Under the pieces are notes generated by a model. The model searched no databases, was not told the DNA's origin, and saw only the letters and a list, made by a program, of their open reading frames with translations. The position numbers were made by a program, and so were the translations under genes. From Candidatus Eiseniibacteriota bacterium (GTDB lineage: Bacteria; Eisenbacteria; RBG-16-71-46): a DNA stretch of 64,000 bases. Each line of letters begins with the position of its first letter. Position 1 is the first letter of the stretch. Below, one piece after another: positions 58,525-64,000 of the stretch. The stretch covers positions 2,720,001 to 2,784,000 of the forward strand of contig OY970178.1 of assembly GCA_963707915.1 (NCBI GenBank), written 5' to 3'.

Positions 58525-60156
58525 TCATGGTGCGGGCCGTCCCGCTCGTTCCGGGCCGGGGCTGCCGTGCAGTCCGTCGCGCAGGCGGAACAACTCCGCG
58601 AGGACGCCCGGCAGGGCCTCGGTGACGTCGCCGGCGCCGAAGCCGACCGGCCCGATGGCGCGGGCGCAGTGGTCGGCCGCGAGTCCGTGCACGTAGACCG
58701 CGGCGCGGGCCGCGTCGTAGGGCGACAGGCCCTGCGCCAGCAGCGCGGCCGCGATGCCGGCGAGCACGTCGCCCATCCCGGCGGTGGCCATCCCGGGGTT
58801 GCCGGTGGGGTTCACGGTTGCGCGGCCATCGGGACCCGCGACGACGGTGGGCGCGCCCTTGAGCACGAGCACGCAGCCCCACTTCATCGCCCACTCGCGG
58901 CACGCGTCCATGCGGTGCAGCTCGAGCTCGGCCGCCGCGATCCCGCTGAGCCGCGACATCTCGCCGAGGTGCGGCGTGAGCACGCGCGCCGCGCGCGCCG
59001 TCCCCGCTGGCGCGGCCGACAGCCGCCCGCCATGACCCACGAAGGCGTTCAGCCCGTCCGCGTCGAGCAGCACCGGGCAGGGGCTCCCGGCCACCAGCCG
59101 CCGTGCGAGCTCCGCGGCCCCGGCGTCGCGCGAGAGCCCCGAGCCCACCACCAGCGCGTCCACCGCCGCGGCGCGCGCCAGGATGGCGTCGGCCGCGGCG
59201 GGGGCGAGCGCGCGGCCCGCGCCCTGCGCCACGGCGAGCGTCATCTCCTCGGTGAGCTTGACCTCGAGGATGTCGTGGAGCCCCTCGGGCACCGCGCACT
59301 GCACGGATCCGGCGCCCGCGCGGGTCGCGGCGCGCGCGGCGAGCGCCACCGCGCCGGTGAGCCCGGGCGAGCCTCCCGCGACCAGGACCCGGCCGACCGA
59401 GCCCTTGTGGGCCCGCGGGTCGCGCAGCGGCAGCAGCGACGCGATCTCCTCCGCGGTGGCCAGCGTGAAGGGGAAGCCGGCGGCATCGCCGTCGCCGGCG
59501 ACCAGCCCGATGTCGACGACCTCGAGCGCGCCGGCGAAGGCGCGTCCCGGGTAGAGGAAGTGCCCGCGCTTGGGCGCGCCGAAGGTCACGGTGAGGTCGG
59601 CGCGCACCGCACGCCGGGCGATGGCGCCGGTGTCGGCGTTCACCCCGGTGGGCAGGTCCACGGCCACGATCGAGGTGCCGCGCTCGTCCAGCTCGCGCAG
59701 CGCCTGCACGGCGGCGGCCGCCAGCCCCTCGGGCTCGCCCTGCGCGCCGGTGCCCAGCACGGCATCCAGCGCGAAGTCCCACCGGTCGCGCGTGGCGAGC
59801 AGGCGCGCCAGGTCGGCCTCGTCCTCGAGGGCCGTCGCCTCGAGCCCGTCCGCCTGCATGCGGTCGAAGTGGACGCGCGCGTCGCCGCGCACTCGCGCGA
59901 GCGGCCCCACCACGCCCACCGCGACCGTGGCGCCGCGGGCGCGAAGCAGGCGCGCGGCCACGAACCCGTCGCCGCCGTTGTTGCCCGGGCCCGAGAGCAC
60001 CAGCACGCGCAGGCCCAGCGGCGACCCGTAGCGCCGCTCCATCGCCGCGACCACGCCCGCGCCGGCGCGCTCCATCAGGCCGGGGCCGGGGACGAAGCCG
60101 CCCTCGATCGTGGCCCGGTCCAGCCGGCGCATCTCGTCCGCGGTCAGCAGGCGCAT
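58525..60156 (-). CDS. nnr: Bifunctional NAD(P)H-hydrate epimerase/dehydratase
   Basis: LMERAG, GPGNNGGDG, DLPTG (YjeF_N); AHKGSVG, LDADGLN, LTPHLGEMSRL, VLKGAPT, TAGMGDVLAG. Confidence 0.95.
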   Translation of the reverse strand: MRLLTADEMRRLDRATIEGGFVPGPGLMERAGAGVVAAMERRYGSPLGLRVLVLSGPGNNGGDGFVAARLLRARGATVAVGVVGPLARVRGDARVHFDRMQADGLEATALEDEADLARLLATRDRWDFALDAVLGTGAQGEPEGLAAAAVQALRELDERGTSIVAVDLPTGVNADTGAIARRAVRADLTVTFGAPKRGHFLYPGRAFAGALEVVDIGLVAGDGDAAGFPFTLATAEEIASLLPLRDPRAHKGSVGRVLVAGGSPGLTGAVALAARAATRAGAGSVQCAVPEGLHDILEVKLTEEMTLAVAQGAGRALAPAAADAILARAAAVDALVVGSGLSRDAGAAELARRLVAGSPCPVLLDADGLNAFVGHGGRLSAAPAGTARAARVLTPHLGEMSRLSGIAAAELELHRMDACREWAMKWGCVLVLKGAPTVVAGPDGRATVNPTGNPGMATAGMGDVLAGIAAALLAQGLSPYDAARAAVYVHGLAADHCARAIGPVGFGAGDVTEALPGVLAELFRLRDGLHGSPGPERAGRPAP

Positions 60157-60157
60157 G

Positions 60158-61105
60158 TCAGTCCAGCGTGAGGGTGACGGGGACGAGGACCCAGCAGCGG
60201 CAGGGCGCTCCCTGCCAGACCACCGGTTGGAAGCTCCAATCCCTCACGCAGGCGAGCGCCGCGGCGTTGAGCGCAGGGATGCCCGACTGGAGCTGTGCGC
60301 GGATCACGCGGCCGTCCGTGTCCACGAGGGCGAGGACCCAGACGCGGCCCTGGATGCCGGCCGCCCTCGAGGCGTCGGGGTAGGGGCAGTGCGGCCGGCT
60401 CAACAACGTGGCCGGCGCGAAGCGGCTCGCCCGGCCGGGGACGCTCACCGCGAGCGTCTCGGGGAGCACGGGCACCGCGCCCGCGAGGTCCGCCGGCGGG
60501 CGGGTCGTGTCGCGCGGAGCGGGCGTGGTCGCCGTGGGGCCCGCGGGCGCGGCCGGCGGCGTGCCCGGAGGGCGTGCCGCGCCGGGGAGGGTGTCGCGCG
60601 CCGCGACCCCGCGCCTGAGCCTCGCGATCGCGCTCGCGCCGGTGATGGGCATGGCGTCCGGCGCGGCGGCGAGCGCCGCCGGACCCTCATCGGCACCGGC
60701 CGGCACGACCGAGGCCTTGAGGCTGCCGCCGCTCACCTCGACGCGCAGGCGCGTGCGCGCGGCCCAGTCGCAGACCTCGCTCCTGGGAGTGGGCTGCCCG
60801 CAGGTCTTCCGGTAGCCCATGGCGGTCAACTGGTCGTGGACGTAGGCGATCTCGTAGGCCGAGGCCTGCTCCACCTCGAAATCAACCCGGGCGAGCCGTC
60901 CGCCCTCGAACGTGAGCGTGGCGTCGCTGGTCAGCCCGAAGAAGCGGCAGCGGCCCTTCCGCGCGGCCGGTCCGGCCGGCCCGAAGCCGCGCGCGGAGAT
61001 CGCGGCGTCGTCGAGTCCGAAGCGCAACGTCGTGCCCGGCACGCGCACCGTGGTGTCCGCGGGCGATGCCAGCACGAGCATCCCGATCACGGCCAGGGCG
61101 AGCAC
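60158..61105 (-). CDS. TonB-family energy transducer with an extra N-terminal domain
   Basis: N-terminal hydrophobic anchor, Pro/Ala-rich linker, TonB_C YPDASRAAGIQGRV...VDTDGRV..W.FQP. Confidence 0.8.
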   Translation of the reverse strand: MLALAVIGMLVLASPADTTVRVPGTTLRFGLDDAAISARGFGPAGPAARKGRCRFFGLTSDATLTFEGGRLARVDFEVEQASAYEIAYVHDQLTAMGYRKTCGQPTPRSEVCDWAARTRLRVEVSGGSLKASVVPAGADEGPAALAAAPDAMPITGASAIARLRRGVAARDTLPGAARPPGTPPAAPAGPTATTPAPRDTTRPPADLAGAVPVLPETLAVSVPGRASRFAPATLLSRPHCPYPDASRAAGIQGRVWVLALVDTDGRVIRAQLQSGIPALNAAALACVRDWSFQPVVWQGAPCRCWVLVPVTLTLD

Positions 61106-61115
61106 GGGAGTCCCT

Positions 61116-61457
61116 TCAGCGCCGGCGGGCGCGACCGCGCGCCTCGGAGGTCAGGTCGCGGACCAGTTGCTTCCGGTACTCCGCGTCGCGCTCGACGCGG
61201 TCGATCAGCTCCGGGTCGGCGGAGAGGAAGGGAAGATCGAACAACGCGGGCTCGGCTTCCTGCTCGGCGTAGATCCGTTCCTGCTCGTGTCGCATGTAGG
61301 ACACGGCGCGCTCGGCCGTCTCGAGGACGCGGCCCGGGAGGAAGGTGGCGTCCGCCGGGTTGAAGACGTACACGTGGAACTGCCCGTCGAGCCCGCCGGT
61401 GCCGGCGGGGGGCTGGTGCACCTTGATCTTCGCCGTCTTCACCTTGCCTTCAGACAT
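61116..61457 (-). CDS. Hypothetical protein (113 aa)
   Basis: GGAGG RBS, normal amino-acid composition, operon position. Confidence 0.65.
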   Translation of the reverse strand: MSEGKVKTAKIKVHQPPAGTGGLDGQFHVYVFNPADATFLPGRVLETAERAVSYMRHEQERIYAEQEAEPALFDLPFLSADPELIDRVERDAEYRKQLVRDLTSEARGRARRR

Positions 61458-61528
61458 GCATCCTCCGGTCGGGGGGGGGTGCTTGCCGCCGGGTCCGCCC
61501 CCGCGGATCCCGGTCGAGGGCGCCGGGC

Positions 61529-62266
61529 CTAGCCCGGTTGTCCTGCGCCGCGACCCGGGCCGGGCTTCGGCAGGTGCCTCGGCGGGGGCCCGGCATTGAG
61601 CCGGTCGACGATGGCGACCAGCTCGTACACGTCGTCGATGTCGTAGTCCGCGCCCGATTCCACGGTGCCGAAGGTGTCGCCGTAGCGGGCGAACACGGTC
61701 TTCATCCCCAGGCTGCGTCCGCCCACCACGTCGCGCTCGGGCCAGTCGCCCACCATCAGCGATTCGCCGGGATCGACCGCGAGCCGTCCCAGGACCTCGC
61801 GGAACGGGGCCGGGTCGGGCTTGCGCATCTTCGTGTCGTCGAAGGTCACCACCGCGTCGAAGACGTGCTGGAGGGCGAGCGAACAGAGGCGTTGCCAGAC
61901 CTGGTCGCGCGGCGCGTCGGAGACCACGCCGAGCTTGATGCCCCGCTTGGCCAGCTCGAGGAGCGTGAGCTGGACCTTGGGGTAGAGCACCATGGCCGAA
62001 CGCGCCTTGCGGTAGGCCACGATGCCCGAGGCGTGGATCTTGGGGTCGATGCGTCCCAGCTCCAGGACCAGCAGCTCGTCGAAGACGCGCTGGTACTCGA
62101 GCCCCTTCTCCTTGTAGATGGCGTCGATCCGGACCTGCAGCTCGGCCCGCGGCCGCTTCAGCCCGGCGTCGATCATGCCGTCGATGGCGGCGTTCACCGC
62201 GTCCGCCTTCATCTTCATGAAGTCGGTGAGCGTGTTGTCGAGGTCGAAGATGATGGCCTGGATCAA
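61529..62266 (-). CDS. HAD-superfamily hydrolase, subfamily IA
   Basis: IIFDLDNTL (DxD), VVSD, RKPDP, MVGDWPERDVVG. Confidence 0.92.
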   Translation of the reverse strand: MIQAIIFDLDNTLTDFMKMKADAVNAAIDGMIDAGLKRPRAELQVRIDAIYKEKGLEYQRVFDELLVLELGRIDPKIHASGIVAYRKARSAMVLYPKVQLTLLELAKRGIKLGVVSDAPRDQVWQRLCSLALQHVFDAVVTFDDTKMRKPDPAPFREVLGRLAVDPGESLMVGDWPERDVVGGRSLGMKTVFARYGDTFGTVESGADYDIDDVYELVAIVDRLNAGPPPRHLPKPGPGRGAGQPG

Positions 62267-62279
62267 GGGGTCCCGCTGA

Positions 62280-62471
62280 TCACTTGGTCGAGGGACCGAT
62301 CATGCGGCCGAGGCTGATCTCGCCGTTGTCGATGCGGACGTTGAAGCCGCACGCCGGGTTGCTGCAGACCCAGGCCTTGTAGGTGATCGGTGCCCCGTCG
62401 CGGCCGTAGTCGGAGAGTGGCAGCAGCACGCCGTCGTTGCACTTGCGGCACTCGGGGAAGTTCAGCTCCAT
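62280..62471 (-). CDS. Small (63 aa) putative zinc-ribbon protein
   Basis: MELNFPECRKC...WVCSNPACGF; GGAGG-type RBS. Confidence 0.7.
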   Translation of the reverse strand: MELNFPECRKCNDGVLLPLSDYGRDGAPITYKAWVCSNPACGFNVRIDNGEISLGRMIGPSTK

Positions 62472-62622
62472 CCCGCCCTCCTCCCTGCGAAAGACCCCAC
62501 CCGCGTGAACCTGCCAGGCCGTCATTGTAGGCGACGGCGCGTGGCCCGGCAACGGGGCGGGGCCCGGCCCGGCCCCCGAAATCGGGGCGTCGGGCGCGCC
62601 GCTCCCGGCGGGCGGCCGGCGC

Positions 62623-63351
62623 TCAGCCGCCCGCCCGGATCCCCGTGCTGAGCGGCCAGATGGTGGCGTTGCCGATGGCGACGTGCCCGGGCGCCGAACA
62701 GATGAAGGCGACCAGCGAGGCCACGTCGGCGGTCTCGAGGTTCCGGTCGCGCTCGGGCGAGCCCGGCTCGATGGGCCGGCCGGCCGAGTTCATCATGTGG
62801 GGCGCCACCAGCGAGACGCGCACGCGGTGGGGCTTGAGTTCGAGCGCCGCGGACTCGAGCAGGCCGCGCAGCCCCCACTTGCTCGCGGCGTAGGCCGCCG
62901 AGCCGGGCTGGCCCACGCGCCCGCCCAGCGAATCGATGCCCACCACCGTGCCCCGCCCCTGGGCGATGAGCCAGGGGATCGAGTACTTGAGGGCCAGGAA
63001 GGCGCCCTTGAGATTCAGGTCCAGCAGCCGGTCCCACATCTCTTCCGTGGTCTCGTGCAGCGGCGCGCCCTGCCAGGTGCCGGCGTTCAGCACCACGATG
63101 TCGAGCCGGCCCCACCGCTCGACCGTCGCCTGGACCGCGGCCTGGACTTCGACCGCGGCCGTGACGTCGGCCGGCGCGGCGAGCACCTCGGTCCCGGCGG
63201 CCGCCAGCGCCGCCACCGCCTGCGCGAGGTCGGGCCCCGGCCGGGCGAGGCAGGCGATCGAGGCGCCCTCGGCGGCGAGCGAGCGGCAGATGGCGAGGCC
63301 GAGCCCGCGGCTGGCGCCGGTGACGAGCGCGACCTGGTCCTGGAGTCTCAT
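62623..63351 (-). CDS. Short-chain dehydrogenase/reductase
   Basis: TGASRGLG, LNAG, YAASK (YxxxK). Confidence 0.93.
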   Translation of the reverse strand: MRLQDQVALVTGASRGLGLAICRSLAAEGASIACLARPGPDLAQAVAALAAAGTEVLAAPADVTAAVEVQAAVQATVERWGRLDIVVLNAGTWQGAPLHETTEEMWDRLLDLNLKGAFLALKYSIPWLIAQGRGTVVGIDSLGGRVGQPGSAAYAASKWGLRGLLESAALELKPHRVRVSLVAPHMMNSAGRPIEPGSPERDRNLETADVASLVAFICSAPGHVAIGNATIWPLSTGIRAGG

Positions 63352-63545
63352 GGTCCCTCCTGCGAGTCGGCGCGAAGTTCGACGCCGCGGCGACGAATCT
63401 AATGAGCCGGAAGGGTCCGGGCAACGGGAACCTTTCCGGGGCGGCCCGCCTTCTTTGCGAAACGTGGACGCCCGCCGGCCGTTTCGGGCTTGACGGGACC
63501 CGGGGGGATGTCGTTCTACTCCGCCTCATGTATCCTGCCAAGCCC

Positions 63546-64000
63546 ATGAACGCCCGACCCGGCAGCACCCGATCCGCGCCGCTGACCGCCTGGCTCACCC
63601 TGCTCCTGGTGTCCGTCCTCGCCCCGCCGCTGCGGGCCCAGACGGAAGTCCACATCCCGGTCGTGATCGGGGAGCCCGCCGTGGAATCCGACTCCGCGAT
63701 GGCAGCCCGTGCGCGGGCGGGCTTCCAGTCCAACCGGGGCGACAGCGCGGCCGGCGAGAACTACCGCGCCTACGAGCAGGTCGGCCTGCTCGGCCGGCGC
63801 CTGCTGCGCTCGCTGCCGCGCAAGGACCTGGCGCAGGCGCGAGCCATCAAGCCGGCGCTCGACTCGCTGGGATTCGCCACCGAGGTCGCCACCGACCCCG
63901 CGCTGCCGGCCTTCGCGCTGCTCATGGTGCGCAACCCCGGCCGCTCCTCCGCCGACGCGGTGGGCTTCCTCTACTGGTACCGGGTCGACGACCTGCGCAT
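63546..64000 (+). CDS. Exported hypothetical protein (runs off the window end)
   Basis: Open frame MNARPGS..LTAWLTLLLVSVLAPPLRAQTEV.. to the window end; alternative start at 63528. Confidence 0.6.
   Translation, partial: MNARPGSTRSAPLTAWLTLLLVSVLAPPLRAQTEVHIPVVIGEPAVESDSAMAARARAGFQSNRGDSAAGENYRAYEQVGLLGRRLLRSLPRKDLAQARAIKPALDSLGFATEVATDPALPAFALLMVRNPGRSSADAVGFLYWYRVDDLR

Noticed and set aside
63490..63520. TTGACG...TCTACT as the promoter of the last ORF
   Set aside because: 19-bp spacing and a poor -10 match; too weak to list

Overview
Very GC-rich bacterial chromosomal window with no rRNA, tRNA, CRISPR array, transposase or integrase that I could recognise. FlgD-Ig C-terminal domains, CBM9/DUF5916 outer-membrane proteins and the futalosine pathway suggest an FCB-group candidate lineage such as Ca. 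Eisenbacteria; this is inference only. In order, the window holds: (1) a minus-strand Wzx/Wzy polysaccharide operon (0.5-12.2 kb) with many frameshifts; (2) three sensor histidine kinases (12.7-19.1 kb); (3) three paralogous CBM9/DUF5916 outer-membrane proteins (one partial at the window start, two in tandem at 19.3-25.0 kb); (4) dispersed futalosine menaquinone genes mqnE, mqnA, mqnC and mqnD, three of which share a promoter-like signature; (5) secreted FlgD-tailed proteins, namely a Kelch propeller and two paralogous ComEC-type metallo-beta-lactamase-fold hydrolases flanking a GT9 gene; (6) housekeeping genes (recQ, hflX, trxA, nnr, M24 peptidase, rhomboid, HAD, SDR, TonB); (7) an MBOAT gene broken by a stop codon and joined abruptly to an unrelated gene tail. 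The most novel-looking signal is a conserved ~125-nt 5' leader upstream of both ComEC-like paralogs. It starts just after a predicted promoter, shows pairing-preserving substitutions and ends in a Shine-Dalgarno-occluding hairpin, so it is a candidate undescribed cis-regulatory RNA. Many frameshifts are probably long-read consensus errors. All family calls come from motifs read by eye; no searches were run.
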